64,000 nucleotides of DNA from Eledone cirrhosa (GCA_964016885.1 OZ024747.1:43400001-43464000), one strand, 5' to 3'. Positions 1 to 15,669 are shown, counted from the stretch's first letter. Notes: generated by a model not told the origin, from the letters alone. Program-made: numbers and translations.

Positions 1-290
1 TGGTGGTGTTGTTGTTGTTATTTAGACTTAAGACAGTGTAGTGGCGGTGTTGTTGTTGTTTAGACTTAACACTGTAGTATTGTTGTTGTTGTTGTTTAGA
101 CTTAAGACAGTATAGTGGTGGTGTTGTTGTTGTTTAGACTTAACAGTGTAGTATTGTTGTTGTTGTTGTTTAGACTTAAGACAGTGTAGTGGTGTTGTTG
201 TTGTTGTTTAGACTTAACACTGTAGTATTTGTGTTGTTGTTGTTTAGACTTAAGACAGTATAGTGGTGGTGTTGTTGTTGTTGTTTAGAC
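1..290. repeat. Minisatellite, ~35-40 bp unit (gttgttgttgtttagacttaa[g]acagtgtagt)
   Basis: About 8 tandem copies of tttagacttaa separated by (GTT)n/(GGT)n spacers; runs off the window start. Confidence 0.9.
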
Positions 291-389
291 CTGGTTTAAT
301 CCTGACCCAGCTGAAATATAGCCATGGTATTCTAGTCATGTATGTTACTATCTGTGGGCCCTTGGGTCTAATAAAATAATGTATTATTA

Positions 390-540
390 TGAGTTCAAAT
401 CCCGCTGAGGTTAGCTTTGCCATTCATCCTTACGGGATCGATAAAATAAAACACCAGTAATGCACTGGGGTCAATTTAATCGACTTTCTCCTCCTCCTCT
501 CCCCAAAATTGCTAGCCTTGTGCCTAAATCAGAAACAATT
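390..540 (+). mobile_element. SINE family A, 5'-truncated copy
   Basis: gagttcaaatccc...tttgccattcatccttacgggatcgataaaataaa...aattgctagccttgtgcctaaa...gaaacaatt, shared with many copies in the window. Confidence 0.8.
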
Positions 541-602
541 ATTATTATCATTATTGTTGTTGTATTGGGTTTATTATTATGATTATTAATTATTATTAAT
601 GA

Positions 603-797
603 GGGCGGTGAATGGCAGTATCGGTAGAGGGTCGGACGCCATGCTCTGCAAGCAAAGAGTTACGGCCCTTGCCATGCTGAGCTCAAATCCCACCGAGGTT
701 AACTTTGCTTTCATCCTTACGGGGGTCGATAAAATAAAGTACCAGTAATGCACTGGGATAATTGCTGGCCTTGTGCCAAAAGTAGAAACAATTATTA
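603..797 (+). mobile_element. SINE family A (tRNA-like head plus MetaSINE-like central domain)
   Basis: A-box-like tggcagtatcgg, B-box-like gagctcaaatcc, central aactttgctttcatccttacgggggtcgataaaataaagtacc, (ATT)n tail; the Meta-domain resemblance is from memory. Confidence 0.85.
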
Positions 798-857
798 TGA
801 TTATTAATTATTATGATTATTAATTATTATGATTATTAATTATGATTATTAATTAAT

Positions 858-1242
858 GGAGGCACATGGCTTAGTGGTTAGAGCATTGGCCTTGCAATTG
901 AAAGGTTGTGAGTTCAATTCTCAGACCGGGTGATGTGTTGTTTCCTTGAGCAAGGCACTTATTTCACATTGCTCCAGTTTACTCAGTTGTAGAAATGAGA
1001 TGATAGGGACTGGGGTCCATATCTTTCCACTGCAAAGTGGTCGTGAAGGTGCCATGGAAAAAAAGCACCCAGCCCACACTACAAAGTGGTCGCGGAGGTG
1101 CCAAGGAAAAAAAGCACCCAGCACTCACTGTAAATGAGGTTGGTGTTAGGAAGGGCATCCAGCTGTAGAAATCAAGCCAGTATCAGTTCCCGTCCCACCC
1201 TTGCAAGCAGGGAAAAGTGGATGTAAAATGATGATGATGATG
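858..1242 (+). mobile_element. SINE family B (tRNA head, CORE-like body, RTE-derived (TGA)n tail), full length
   Basis: A-box tggcttagtgg, B-box gagttcaattc, ccttgagcaaggcactt motif, tail cccttgcaagcagggaaaagtggatgtaaaa(tga)n; at least 8 copies in the window. Confidence 0.9.
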
Positions 1243-1619
1243 TTGACATTTCTAGAGAAATAGTTATCACAACACCACCTAGAGAAATCCATAAATAAAA
1301 GTGTTTTTAGATTGTTGATAAATTAATGGCATTTTCTTTACTAATTTCGGTCTATATACGATATTGAGATTAATAAAACAGACAGAATCTAAGTGAGTGC
1401 TGGCAGAAATTATACACGGTGATGGAATGGCAGTGAAACACATTTTCTTTTACTGATAGATGAGAAAACTATTGATAAGTTCGAAGTATCAATAATTGTT
1501 CTACTGTCTTATTTGATGGATAGAAGGCTAATATCTATTTCATGTCCAGGTTTTCTTTTTGTTTGTTTGTTACCTACTTGCTTTCTTGCTTGGTTTGTTG
1601 TATTTATTTTGTATTTTAA

Positions 1620-1744
1620 GCATATATGTATCTGCGTATGTGTAGATATGTATGTGTGTATGTACATGAGTGTGAATGTATGTCTGTATGTGTGAGAATA
1701 TATGTATGTATGTGTGTGTGTGTTTGAATATGTGTGAATGTATG

Positions 1745-1775
<31 letters not shown>

Positions 1776-1945
1776 ATATGTACTCATGTATGTACATGTG
1801 TGTGTGTATGTGCATATGTCTCTGTGTATGTGTATGTATATATGTGTATTTGTCTGTGTGCAAGTGAGTATGTATGTGCATATGAGTTTGTGTGTGTATG
1901 TAAGTGTATGACTGTGTGTCTATCTATGTGTATGTGTGTGTTTAC
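1620..1945. repeat. Compound (TG)n/(TATG)n microsatellite
   Basis: Directly visible. Confidence 0.9.
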
Positions 1946-2454
1946 AGATAATGGAAACCATAATAAACAGAAGTGACAATGGAAGATCTCGAGTTAATAA
2001 AATGATAAATAATGGTTAATTAAATAATAAATTGGATTATCAAAATATAAGACTATAACAGACTAAGTCTATTGAATTCTAAATATATGTGGAATAATTA
2101 TGAATTATCGAAATAAAACTTGATAAAAATCAGTGTTGATGACTAAATGGGGAAAGTGTGGAGTTGTTTTCATTTGGTGCGAGGCTACTATTTCTTTCTG
2201 ATATTGTCAATTGAATTAATAACAGTTGTTGTTGGTATTTAGCTCTGAGCCAGCCTTAATCATAGCTAATCAAGCCATGATCATTTTGCCTTTTTACAGG
2301 CATTTTGAATTCCAGATTTTTATTCACTGCGTCCTTTGTGTGACTTAAAGAGGGAGCAATCACATGAAGGTTCCCAGCAGATAGAAAAACATCAACCATT
2401 TAAATTTAACAGCCATATATTATTACTGGTACTTTTTGAACACAGGTGATAGTA

Positions 2455-2670
2455 AAAGATTAAATTTTGACTTTTGATTTTGACACAAGGCCAAACAAAT
2501 TTTAGGAGAAGAGCAAAGTTGATCAAATCAACCTCAGTTCTTAACTGGTACTTTATTTGATGGACCCTCGAAGCATGAAAAGCAATGTTGACCTCGGTGG
2601 GGTTTAAATTTAGAATGTAAAGATCAAGAACAAATACCACAATGGCATATTATTGGACAGTTTACTAATT
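2455..2670 (-). mobile_element. Diverged SINE family A copy
   Basis: acacaaggcc...ctggtactttattt...gatgaaa-like...gttgacctcggtgggg is the reverse complement of the family A body. Confidence 0.6.
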
Positions 2671-3316
2671 CTGCCAATTCACCAACCTTCAAAAAAGATC
2701 AAATATTCCTATCCAATTTAGCCTGGCAATCTAAATTTTGTGCCAACATACCACACTCTAATAACTAAATATCAAAATACATTATTAGTATAAATTTTCT
2801 GATTGTTCACTGGATATTCTTGGACATTATAATATATTTGTTCATTATTTTCTTGTTCATGTTATATATAGACATGCCTATAGCCATCTACTGCCCTATT
2901 CATTACCCCCTCATTTATCATGCTCTATCCTCTTCACTGTACCATGCCACCATATAATGAGGGTTGGCATTTGATCTGTCCGTATTCAATCTTTCCACTA
3001 TAACCTATTCTCATTATTTTCATTATCCTTATCACTCTATTTCTCTTCCACCATTAACCATCTAGCTCTCTACTCCTCTTCCATTATATTGGTTATATAA
3101 TGAAGAAGGGCATCTGATCTCATTGCATTCAGTACCCCAGGCTCTCAACTTCGACTGCTAATAATTCTTTCTCCACCCGCTTCTACTGTAACCCTTCAAT
3201 ATCTTTCTTCTATGTGATTCTTAGTTGACATCCACCACTCTCACCATTACATATCCATGTTGCTATTTGTTAATTGCTGTCTCTTACCATGAAACATCTG
3301 CGTTGAGTGACCCACT

Positions 3317-3640
3317 GTGTGTTGTGTGGCAAAGTGTGTGTTGTGTGGTTATAGTATGGGTTGTGGGGTCACAATGTGTGTTGTGTGGTTACAGTGTGGG
3401 CTCACAATGTATGTTGTATGGTTACAGTGTGTGCTTTGTGATCACAGCATATACTGTATGGTTACAATATATGTTGTGTGACCACCATGTGTGTTGTGTT
3501 GTCACAGTGTGTGTTGTGTGTCACAGTGTGTGTTGTGTTGTCACAGTGTGTGTTGTGTTGTCACAGTGTGTGTTGTGTTGTCACAGTATGTGTTGTGTGG
3601 TCACAGGATGTGTTGTGTGGTCACAGTATGTGTTGTCAAT
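3317..3640. repeat. Degenerate ~20 bp minisatellite (tgtgttgtgtggtcacagtg)
   Basis: Tandem copies visible; accounts for the Cys/Val-rich ORFs. Confidence 0.85.
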
Positions 3641-4507
3641 GAACTATCAAAAAATTCTCACGTCAAAAATACCATTTAATGCTGGATAGATGACATGGCA
3701 GAGAATGTTATGCAAGGTGTTGCTGTAAGTCATATTCCCTGTTAAACAAGGTTAAGGTTTGCAGGCTCCCATGATAGGCACCATCCAATCATCATTGGGT
3801 CCTTTTTTAGACAAACTTTTACAGCTAGATACCTTTAGTGGTACCAACCCTTTTAATTACCTCTTCCAACATACAAGGGGTGACTAAATCAAATCATTAA
3901 CACCAATTGAAACATTTAGATGGCTCAATTAACTGATGTTTTTAGCTGACCTGTTTTGGCTGCTGCAATATTCAGTTGACAGATGAGTAATTCATCTGCC
4001 ATCCACTTGAAACACCAACCATGGCACAAGACAATGTTTATATGGTAACAACTTATTTAAGCAAATTATGCAATACAACAGAAAAACTAAGAGCAATTTG
4101 TATGGTTAGGGAACCAGGAAATGGTCAGAGTAAAATCCAATTGTATTGCATTGGTAAAGAAGAAAGCTCCTATACTTACTAGCATTCATTCATAGCCAAA
4201 CATCTTTATACAAGTCGTCAATTTTAATAACTCTTTGTTCAAAGTGCTGTGAGAAGAATTTAGTTGTGAATATGTTAACTGTTTTTGTATACTGAGGTGA
4301 GATGGTTGTCTTGTGGCAATGTTTTTGATCAAGTTTCTGAAATGTGATAAAGCTTAAAGTAACATGTTTGATAATATCTTGAGTGACAACTTTGATAGTA
4401 GCTAAAATGACAAGTTTGATAGTGTCTATAGAGTTATTTTGATAGGTGACAACAAATGTCTATTTGCATTCCAAACATACAATTCACTTTACACATATAT
4501 ATATATA

Positions 4508-4547
<40 letters not shown>

Positions 4548-7500
4548 AGGTATTAAATCTGCTGATATGTTTGTCATAATGGTCAGCTAAACATGCATTT
4601 GTAATAGCTAAAGGACTTTGAATTCAACTTAAGCAGATCTCATCAACTTCTGGTGATATTGGAAACACAGCTGTTCTTTCAGTTAACTCTTTTGATACCA
4701 CCCAGCCCAAAACTGGTTTTGGTTCTATGAAACAAAAACACCAAACATAATTTGATATAAGAACCATATGATAAGTTACTATCTTTGTAATGAAATAATT
4801 AATAATTAATATAACTTAATTAATTAATTAAAATACAGTGTATTATAATTAGATATACACTACTGAAGCAGCTTACTTTAAGATAACTTGCATGGATGTG
4901 TTAATATTCAGAATATGGCATCTGAACACAGGGTAACTGAGAGATGATGTGTAGTTCAAACTGTACTGACACTGGTGAGACCCAATTAATCTTTTTGATA
5001 CCAAACCACCCAAAACCACCCTCTATTTCTGATACAAAGCTACTCAGTCTAAAATGTTTATACTTATATTAAATTTTTTCACCATAATTCTATTTTAGAA
5101 ATTTTTGTTAAGTTGGTTTTTAACAACATCTTACTAATAAAAAACTTCGTTATTTTATCAAATTAACCCAGATGTTTGATTATTTTCAAAATTAATTGAA
5201 ACTCAAAGCAGTGTATTTCATTAGAAATATGGTAATGAGAGGGTTAAATAGAAATTGTGATCTGTTAGGCCTATATTTATTTTTTTTATCTTGGAAATAC
5301 CAGACATTATAGTAACACCAACACTGCTTTAAATCTAATTTAGAAATACAATCTTATATAGAATATGTTAATTCAAATGCTCTATCCTAAAGTATGTAGA
5401 TTTTGTAATGTTTGAATTGGTAACATTTCTATTTTGATAATGTCTTCAGTGTCAACTTTGATAATGTCCAAGGTGATAGTTTTTACTTTATGTGAAGACA
5501 TGTAGAACAATGGTATAATTGACCAGATGAAAGAAGTCTAAAGAAAAATAGGTAAAAGTTGAATCCCAGAATAATCAGCAACAAAGAGTCTGTATGGCAA
5601 GGACTTCTGATGTACATTAATACCAAAGAGATAAAAAAATAGGTACAGCATAAACACATTAATGAATTACATCTGTAAAATATTGACTGTATGTTAGATT
5701 AATCCTTTAGCATTTAAGCCAGCCATATTCAGCCAGAATTCTCTCACCTCTTTCTGTTCTAACTGGTTGTAACCACCCGCTCATACTGATGTTAAGGTAT
5801 TGTTCTCCAAATAAATATAAAAATCTCATAGATTCGATATCATGTGAGATATTATGTGAATTAAAGCCTTTACCATGAAAATATAACTGTAAATATAAAG
5901 TAATGTAAATGCTAAAGGATTAAAGCAAGCTGCTTCAACACAGGTTCTCTAACTATGTAAAATAGTGAAATAAGTTTGACAATATTGTCCACTTTTTCTC
6001 TCTCTAGGGGTTCCTATGCCTAATTTGTTTGACTATTTTTCATTGTCCAAATCACCGAGTTGAAGCAGCTTACTTTGAAGTAAGCTAACTTACATTGAAA
6101 ATTCAAAATTTACTCAACACTTCATAAATACAATTGTTTTTTTTTGTTTACATTGCAAAATACTTTATCTAAAGGTTATTACTGATAATACTAAGCTAAG
6201 GATTCTGGCTGACTATTAAAATTTAATAACTTTTAACTTGGACCAGAATATTAGTTTCTAAATCTGCAATACCATATTTCTAACACCTTACACAACTCCT
6301 GAGCATCTTGGAACTAATCTTAGATTTGGCAAATACAATCATCTGTCATCATCATCATCATCATCATCATCATCACTATCATCATCATTACTGTTATCAT
6401 TATCATCATATTCATCATCATCATCACCACCACTACTGTCACCACCACCATCATCATTTGATACAGCTGTAATTACATGCAGCAAAAGAAAAAAAATCAT
6501 TTGATACTCCAATAAAAACAATTAAAAAAAGATAAGTCATATCAATTAATGTTAGAAAACTGAAGCTAAAGTATAAATTCTAGTTTCTACTAACTGACCA
6601 TTAATCTATAATGGTAGAATAGCGTCGCCAATTACTTGCATTTTACAAGCTGTATAACATGGAAGCATTATATATATTTAGAATATAACAACCGTCCATC
6701 ATTTGACTGTCTTCCTAACAGACAAATCAATGGAAATAAAAGAAGAAAAGAAGGAAAGAAGAAGAAAAATAGAGAAAATTAAATTGCAGACAAAGTCTGC
6801 AACTGAAGTAGATTTCTATTCTGACATTTCAGGCAGGCAGGAATCCATTTTCTACATGTCTCATATACTTTGCATAGAGAAATATCTGCTGAATATCTTG
6901 ACAATTCTTTTCCAGATTAAAATAAATTATTAGATGTCTAATGAGAAAGCATTATATTTCCAAGGAGAGACAACATCAGTCTCTTCCTATCAGCCTACAA
7001 CCTAATAAATGTCATTTGTTTTATATATATATGTATTCATTTATATATATATATACATATATATATATGTTTAAAAATATTGTATAAAGCATTTTCAAGA
7101 AAGCAATGGTTAGTTTTTGCCTGCAGAAATATATGTCTGCAAAAATATCTAATATGTTTTATTTATTTTTGTATTTGATTTTCTTTTAAATTTTGAGAGA
7201 AATATAAAAATACCAAATTCTGAAAAATTGATAACTTCTGATGCCTATCACAGCATTTTGTTTTTACATGAGTATTAACCCCTTCATAGATGTTTCTAAG
7301 GAAGCCATTATCACCATCATCATCATCATCATCTTCATTGTCAGGTATTATCTGCTCTCAGCAAGTTGAATACTATGAATCATCATATATATTTACAGTA
7401 TTTTATGCCTGCCTATTTATGGATATTCTGAAGTCTATTTTTGAGGTTGATCAATGAAAAGTACCAGTCCAGTACTGGAGTCAATTCTTCTTCTCTTTTT

Positions 7501-8724
7501 CTTTCTCACTTCCTTTCTATCACTTCCTCCCGTTCTCTGGAAAAAAATCAGCTGTGTTCAGACTTGAAGAATGAATAGGATCCACCAGGTTTAAAGTGCT
7601 CAAGACACACTCTAGGTCGCTACAGCACCCATATGACTTCACCATGAATTATGGGTCCATGCATACATAGTTCTAGATATTATCCAAAATATTTTAGTTT
7701 TCTGTCTTCAATGATGTTGAAAACAATTTCCCCAGGTTTTTGCCAATTTCAATATGTCATCATTGGTTTTGTTTTATCTGTGGCTAAGTTCAACACACCT
7801 GTCAATGTTGAGAAGCTACTCACAACCAAAGTACTACAATTACTACAGTCTACCTCATTCTCATTTGAACTCAGGCCCTTGCGATCATGACTGTATACCT
7901 GAATTGCATGTAACAGCCCATTAATCTTATCATGTATGGGTAGATATCCTCATGCCACATTTATAATACACTGGGTGTCTTAACATGTCTCTAGAGATGA
8001 TTTTGCCAGAAATTGGCTGAATTACCTTATTTTGTAGTTTATTAGATGCATTTTGAACCCTATTATATATCTCTAAAAACCATTCTGGATCCTATAAACC
8101 AAAGGTCAGAAATGGGAGTTATGAGTTTGGAGTGAGGATTTCAAACTAAAATAAAGTATTCAGCAGGTAAGCACTAGATCTATTGTATTTTTTAACTTAT
8201 GCAGAAATCAAACCTAACCTTATTTCTGTATCAAAATTACATATAATTGAGTTAAATTTAGTTCACCATCTTCGTTTATGATGAATTCATCACAATTAGT
8301 GAGGATTTCAAGCTGAAATAAAATTAGGTTCCAGTGAGTAAATATTACTTAGAATTAAGTATCAAGCAAATTTATTTTTATTATTACCTTCTAAATTGGG
8401 GTGGGTCTAAAGCATTGAAACTTAGAAGTCATGAAACATGGTATTAACTAAAAAAAAAAAAGAATTGTATTGAATAAAATTTTTATTCACAAACAAGAAA
8501 AAAAAAAAGAAAAAAGAAAAAAAAACAATACTCTTTGGCATTTTTTTAACCTAGAAGTGTCTCTGTTTCTTTGTACTTTCTGCCAGAATCACAGTTTTAA
8601 TCAAAACGGTCTGCTGCACTCCGATTTATGTATTAAATTACTATTTCTGCCATCATACATAGTAAAAAAGCTTATAACAAACTGCTGCTTTCTACATCAT
8701 ACATACATCATCAAATGTGTGTAT

Positions 8725-9480
8725 TAAACTGCTGCTTCTAAATCCTATATATACAAAAATATATATCAAGATGTTATTTCTACATCCTATATATACAAAT
8801 GTGTATACCAAACTGTTATTTCTACATCCTATATATACAAAAATATATACCAAACTGTTATTTCTACATCCTATATATACAAAAATATATACCAAACTAT
8901 TATTTCTACATCTTATATATACAAATGTGTATACCAAACTGTTATTTCTACATCCTATATATACAAAAATATATACCAAACTGTTAAATCTACATCCTAT
9001 ATATACAAAAATATATACCAAACTGTTATTTCTACATCTTATATATACAAATGTGTATACCAAACTGTTATTTCTACATCCTATATATACAAAAATATAT
9101 ACCAAACTGTTATTTCTACATCCTATATATACAAAAATATATACCAAACTGTTATTTCTACATCCTATATATACAAAAATATATACCAAACTGTTATTTC
9201 TACATCCTATATATACAAAAATATATACCAAACTGTTATTTCTACATCCTATATATACAAATGTGTATACCAAACTGTTATTTCTACATCCTATATATAC
9301 AAATGTGTATACCAAACTGTTATTTCTACATCCTATATATACAAATGTGTATACCAAACTATTATTTCTACATCTTATATATATATATTAAAATGTATGT
9401 ATCAAACTATTATTTCTATAACCTACATACTCAAATATATGCATCAAACAGTTATTTCTATAAACTATATATTCACATGT
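8725..9480. repeat. 42-bp minisatellite (atatatacaaaaatatataccaaactgttatttctacatcct), ~16 copies
   Basis: 14-aa periodicity in the overlapping ORFs; two unit variants (aaaatatat / aatgtgtat); degenerate edges. Confidence 0.95.
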
Positions 9481-9498
9481 GTATCAAGCTGCTATATA

Positions 9499-9778
9499 TC
9501 ATCATCATCATTATCATTGTTTTTACGTCCCCTTTTCCATGCTTGCATGGGCTGGATGAGTCCTTCTCAGCATGGCTTCTCTTCACATGTCACAATTTGT
9601 CATTGTCTCAGTGAGTCTCACTGATTTGAGGTCAACTCTCACAACCCCTGCCCAGGTCTTTCTTGGTTACCTCTACTGTGGCTTCCTTCCACTGACATTT
9701 CGTGGCACTTCTTCACCCAACGATCATTGTCTTTGCACATCACATGCCCAAACCAATGCAGTCGTCTCTCCTGCACAT
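9499..9778 (-). mobile_element. Decayed 3' end of an RTE LINE
   Basis: Minus strand reads VQERRLHWFGHVM...KKC...PRKTW, followed by catgcaagcatggaaaaggggacgtaaaa and a (TGA)n tail. Confidence 0.8.
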
Positions 9779-10231
9779 AAAAATAATAGAAATTTAGAGA
9801 AGTCGACTTTGTTTTGTGATAAAATAGCTTATTTAATCCAGGAAATAAATATCTGAGTTAAAATGACAATAATTCCACCCTTCTGCCGTTAACATCTTTT
9901 AAACATAATATGGCGAGAAGCAGAATTCGAAAATTTAACAAAAAAAAACCGGAAAACAATTTTTTCAGCCTATATTCTGTTGGTTCCTATTATGAGGAAT
10001 ATTTTGGGATGTCCTATGTTTAAAGTAAAACGTGTTTTATGTGACTAATCATTACGGTTGATATTTTTATCTCTCCGAAGAAGGTAACTGTGATCTGAGA
10101 CTCCATTAGTCTTTTGATAAAGAAAAAGATGAAATTTCAAACAACATTTAAATGATTTGAAGTCACAGTTCATCTGAAACATTTGTAAGGGATTAAAAAG
10201 AATTATTTGATGAAAGTATATATACACATTG

Positions 10232-10370
10232 CATTAACAGAAGTCTGATTAGCTTTTGATTCCAGAGTTGGGCCTGATTGATATAGATCAAACCTTCAGC
10301 TGATCAATCGTGAAACATGTGTCACATCCGAATAAATATAATGAAAATTTGACACCATGTTCATGCTTAT
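10232..10370 (+). mobile_element. Small repeat with a decayed hammerhead-like motif (second copy 35040-35165)
   Basis: gaagt-ctgatta...gaaa-catgtg-tc-acatc here; the 35 kb copy has gaagt-ctgatga...acttc. Confidence 0.5.
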
Positions 10371-10382
10371 TATATATATGTA

Positions 10383-10563
10383 GATTGGCAGTATCGGTAG
10401 AGAGTTGGACGCCATGCTTTCCAGCATAGTTACGTCCCTTTACGATCTGAGTTCAAATCCCACCGAGGTTGACTTAGCCTTTCATCCTTACGAGGTCGAT
10501 AAAATAAAGTACCAGTAATGCGCTGGGTAATTGCTGGCCTTGTGCCTAAAGTAGAAACAATTA
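10383..10563 (+). mobile_element. SINE family A
   Basis: Matches 603-797. Confidence 0.9.
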
Positions 10564-10570
10564 TATATAT

Positions 10571-10913
10571 AGGCACATGGCTTAGTGGTTAGAGCATTGG
10601 CCTTGCAATCGAAAGGTTGTGAGTTCAATTCTCAGACCGGGTGATGTGTTGTTTCCTTGAGCAAGACACTTTATTTCACATTGCTCCAGTTTACTCAGCT
10701 GTAGAAATGAGATGATAGGACTGGGGTCTCTATCATTCCACTGTAAAGTAGTCGTGGAGGTGCCACGGCAAAAAAGCACCCAGCACTCACTGTAAATGAG
10801 GTTGGTGTTAGGAAGGGCATCCAGCTGTAGAAATCAAGCCAGAATCAGTTCCCGTCCCACCCTTGCAAGCAGGAAAAGTGGACGTAAAATGAAATGATTA
10901 TGATGATGATGAT
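10571..10913 (+). mobile_element. SINE family B
   Basis: Matches 858-1242 but has one fewer internal ~40-bp repeat. Confidence 0.9.
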
Positions 10914-11102
10914 AGGCGGTGGATTGGCAGTATCGGTAGAGGGTCGGACGCCTATGCTTTCTAGCATAGTTACGTCCCTTTACAGTTGGAGTTCAAATCC
11001 CGTCGAGGTTAACTTTGCCTTTCATCCTTACGGCATCGATAAAACAAAGTACCAGTAATGTACTGGGTAATTGCTGGCCTTGAGCCAAAAGTAGAAACAA
11101 TT
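10914..11102 (+). mobile_element. SINE family A, directly after the tail of a family B copy
   Basis: Matches 603-797. Confidence 0.9.
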
Positions 11103-11227
11103 ATATATATATCAGAATGGAGGCGGTAAAAACCAGTTAGACAATTACTCACCAGAGTACTCAATACTTGGGGTAGTAGAGTGGGAAATATGAAAAAATT
11201 CATTTATTTATATATATAGATATATAA

Positions 11228-11475
11228 TTGTTTCTACTTCTGGCACAAGGCCAGCAATTATCCCAGTACATTACTGGTACTTTATTTTATCGACCCCGTA
11301 AGGATGAAAGGCAAAGTGAAACTTGGCGGGATTTGAACTCAGACCATAAAGGGGCCTAACTAGTCTGAGTTCAAATCCCGCTGAGGTTCACTTTGCCTTT
11401 CATCCTTACGGGGTCGATAAAATAAAGTACCAGTAATGTATAATTGCTGGCCTTGTGTCTAAAGTAGAAACAATT
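11228..11475. mobile_element. Head-to-head inverted pair of 5'-truncated SINE A copies
   Basis: 11228-11362 on minus and 11363-11475 on plus. Confidence 0.8.
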
Positions 11476-11565
11476 TTATATATATATATATATATATATG
11501 GGAAAATGTATGACTCTGACGGCAGAGCTCAAGCCGTTTCGACACATATATATATATATAATAAT

Positions 11566-11902
11566 GGAGGCACATGGCTTAGGGGTTAGAGCATTGGCCT
11601 TGCAATCGAAAGGTGAGTTCAATTCTCAGACCGGGTGATGTGTTGTTTCCTTGAGCAAGACACTTTATTTCACATTGCTCCAGTTTACTCAGCTGTAGAA
11701 ATGAGATGATAGGGACTGGGGTCTCTATCATTCCACTGCAAAGTGGACGTGTAGGTGCAGCAGAAAAAAAGCACCCAGCACTCACTGTAAATGAGGTTGG
11801 TGTTAGGAAGGGCATCCAGCTGTAGAAATCAAGCCAGAATCAGTTCCTGTCCCACCCTTGCAAGCAGGGAAAAGTGGACGTAAAAATGATGATGATGATG
11901 AT
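11566..11902 (+). mobile_element. SINE family B
   Basis: Matches 858-1242. Confidence 0.9.
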
Positions 11903-12019
11903 AAGTGAATTTTTTCATATTACCCACTCTACTACCACAAGTATCAAGTACTCTGGTGAGTAATGATCTAACTGGTTTTTACCACCTCCATTCTGATATA
12001 TATATATATATATATATAT

Positions 12020-12403
12020 ATGGCTTAATAGTTAGAGCATTGGCCTTGCAATCGAAAGGTTGTGAGTTCAATTCTCAGTTTGGGTGATGTGTTGTTTCCT
12101 TGAGCAAGACACTTTATTTCACATTACTCCAGTTTACTCAGCTGTAGAAATGAGATGATAGGGACTGGGGCCCCTATCATTCCACTGCAAAGTGGTCGTG
12201 GTGGTGCCACGCCAAAAAAGCACCCAGCCCACACTGTAAAGTGGTCGTGGAGGTGCCACGGCAAAATAGCACCCAGCACTCAATGTAAATGAGGTTGATG
12301 TTAGGAAGGGCATCCAGCTGTAGAAATCAAGCCAGAATCAGTTCCCGTCCCACCCTTGCAAGCAGGGAAAAGTGGACATAAAAATGATGATGATGATGAT
12401 GAT
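12020..12403 (+). mobile_element. SINE family B
   Basis: Matches 858-1242; starts in (TA)n. Confidence 0.9.
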
Positions 12404-12873
12404 AGATACATTATATATATACAATATCAGGGTATATTTAAAGTACAATAACAATTTTGAGTTACATTTATATATCTTGAACTCTGTTCCCCTATTCCAG
12501 AAATTCATGAATGAAGTTAAAGTTTATTGTTTATCTCATCTGTTAAGTTGAATGAACAGCTGAAAAATATGGATGACATGAAAGAATGGAAGGACGGGAT
12601 TAATGGTCAATATGCATTTTGAAATATGAAATGACATATAGGAATGAGAAATATTGTTTAACAAGTCTTGTCTTAAGAAACGGTATGGAACACTTGAAAT
12701 GTGGACACACTGGACAGCTTTTCTAGTGTTAACATTACATTAGAAATAGAAAATAAAAATCCATAAACTTAGCAGGAGGAAAAAAAAAAATGATTTCAAG
12801 AATATTGCTAAAAATACATTTCAGTCAGGATATTCTTTTTACTGTGACATATCTTAAAGAAGTGCTACTACTC

Positions 12874-14100
<1,227 letters not shown>

Positions 14101-14254
14101 GTAACATTTGACAATGTCAGTAATGTTACAGCAGTATGCTAAGAAATCTAAAAACTCTTTATTTACATCAGTCTTAAAGACCACACTGGACACTTAGGTG
14201 GGGAGAGACACTGCTACTGTTACTGCTGTTGTTGTTGTTACTGTTGGTCATACT

Positions 14255-15655
14255 AGTGGTGGTGGTGGTGGTGATGGTGGTGGTGGTGGTGGTGATGGTG
14301 GTGGTGGTGGTGGTGGTGCCAATAACATAATACAAATACAGACAACAACAAAAGAAAATAAAAGCAATATTTGTTGCCATCATCATCATCAGAATAATCA
14401 GCTGCATTGTCGTTATTCTTACCATTGTCATCATCATTATCACCATAACCATCATCATCATTAATATCATAATCATCATCACCACCATCACCACCACCAC
14501 CACCATCACCATCACCATCACCACCACCATCACCACCACCATCACCACGACCATCACCACCACCATCACCATCATCACCACCACCATCACCATCACCACC
14601 ACCATCACCATCATCACCACCACCACCACCATCACCTCCACCACCATCACCACCACCATCACCACCACCATCACCACCATCACCACCACCACCACCATCA
14701 CCATCACCATCACCACCACCATCACCACCACCACCATCACCACCATCACCACCACCACCACCACCGCCATCACCACCATCACCATCACCACCACCATCAC
14801 CACCACCATCACCACCACCACCACCACACAACCACCATCACCACCATCACCACCACCACTATCACCAACACCATCACCAACACCATCACCACCACCACCA
14901 TCACCAACACCATCAGTACCACCACCACCACCACCACCACCACCATCACCATCACCACCGTCATCATCACCACCATCACCATCACCATCACCACTACCAC
15001 CATCACCATCACCATCACCACCACCATCACCATCACCACCACCACCATCACCACCACCACCACCATCACCACCATCACCACCACCACCATCACCACCACC
15101 ACCACCACCATCACGACCATCACCATCACCACCATCACCACCACCACACAACCACCATCACACCACCACACAACCACCATCACCACCACCACACAACCAC
15201 CATCACCACCACCACCGCCACCACCACCACCACCATCACCATCACCATCACCTCTACCACCATCACCATCACAGTCACCATCACCACTACCACCATCACC
15301 ATCACCATCACCACCACCACCACCACCACCATCACCACCACCATCACCACCACCACCATCACCACCACCACCATCACCATCACCATCACCACTAACACCA
15401 TCACCATCACCACCACCATCACCACCACCACCATCACCATCACCACCACCATCACCACCATCACCATCACCACCATCACCATCACCATCATCACCACCAC
15501 CATCACCACCATCACCATCACCACCATCACCATCACGACCATCACCATCACCATCACCGCCACCATCACCACCACCACCCTCACCACCATCACCACCACC
15601 ACCATCACCATCACCACCACCACCACCATCACCACCAACATCATCACCATCATAT
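14255..15655. repeat. (GGT)n then (CAC/CAT)n trinucleotide low-complexity tract
   Basis: Directly visible. Confidence 0.95.
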
Positions 15656-15669
15656 AACTCATTATTGTT

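Noticed and set aside
1-290. Regularly spaced tttagacttaa repeats as a CRISPR array
   Set aside because: Spacers are themselves near-identical (GTT)n runs; eukaryotic context; no cas genes.
858-930. tRNA gene
   Set aside because: A/B boxes belong to the SINE head; no acceptor stem or terminator, and the sequence continues into the SINE body in every copy.
7680-7830. Host exon
   Set aside because: Minus strand reads NIIEDRKLKYFG with nearby stops, more like an old RTE remnant; too decayed to annotate.
8692-9614. 221-224 aa repeat proteins, or a CRISPR-like array
   Set aside because: Head-to-tail 42-bp minisatellite with no unique spacers; ORFs on both strands follow from the unit length.
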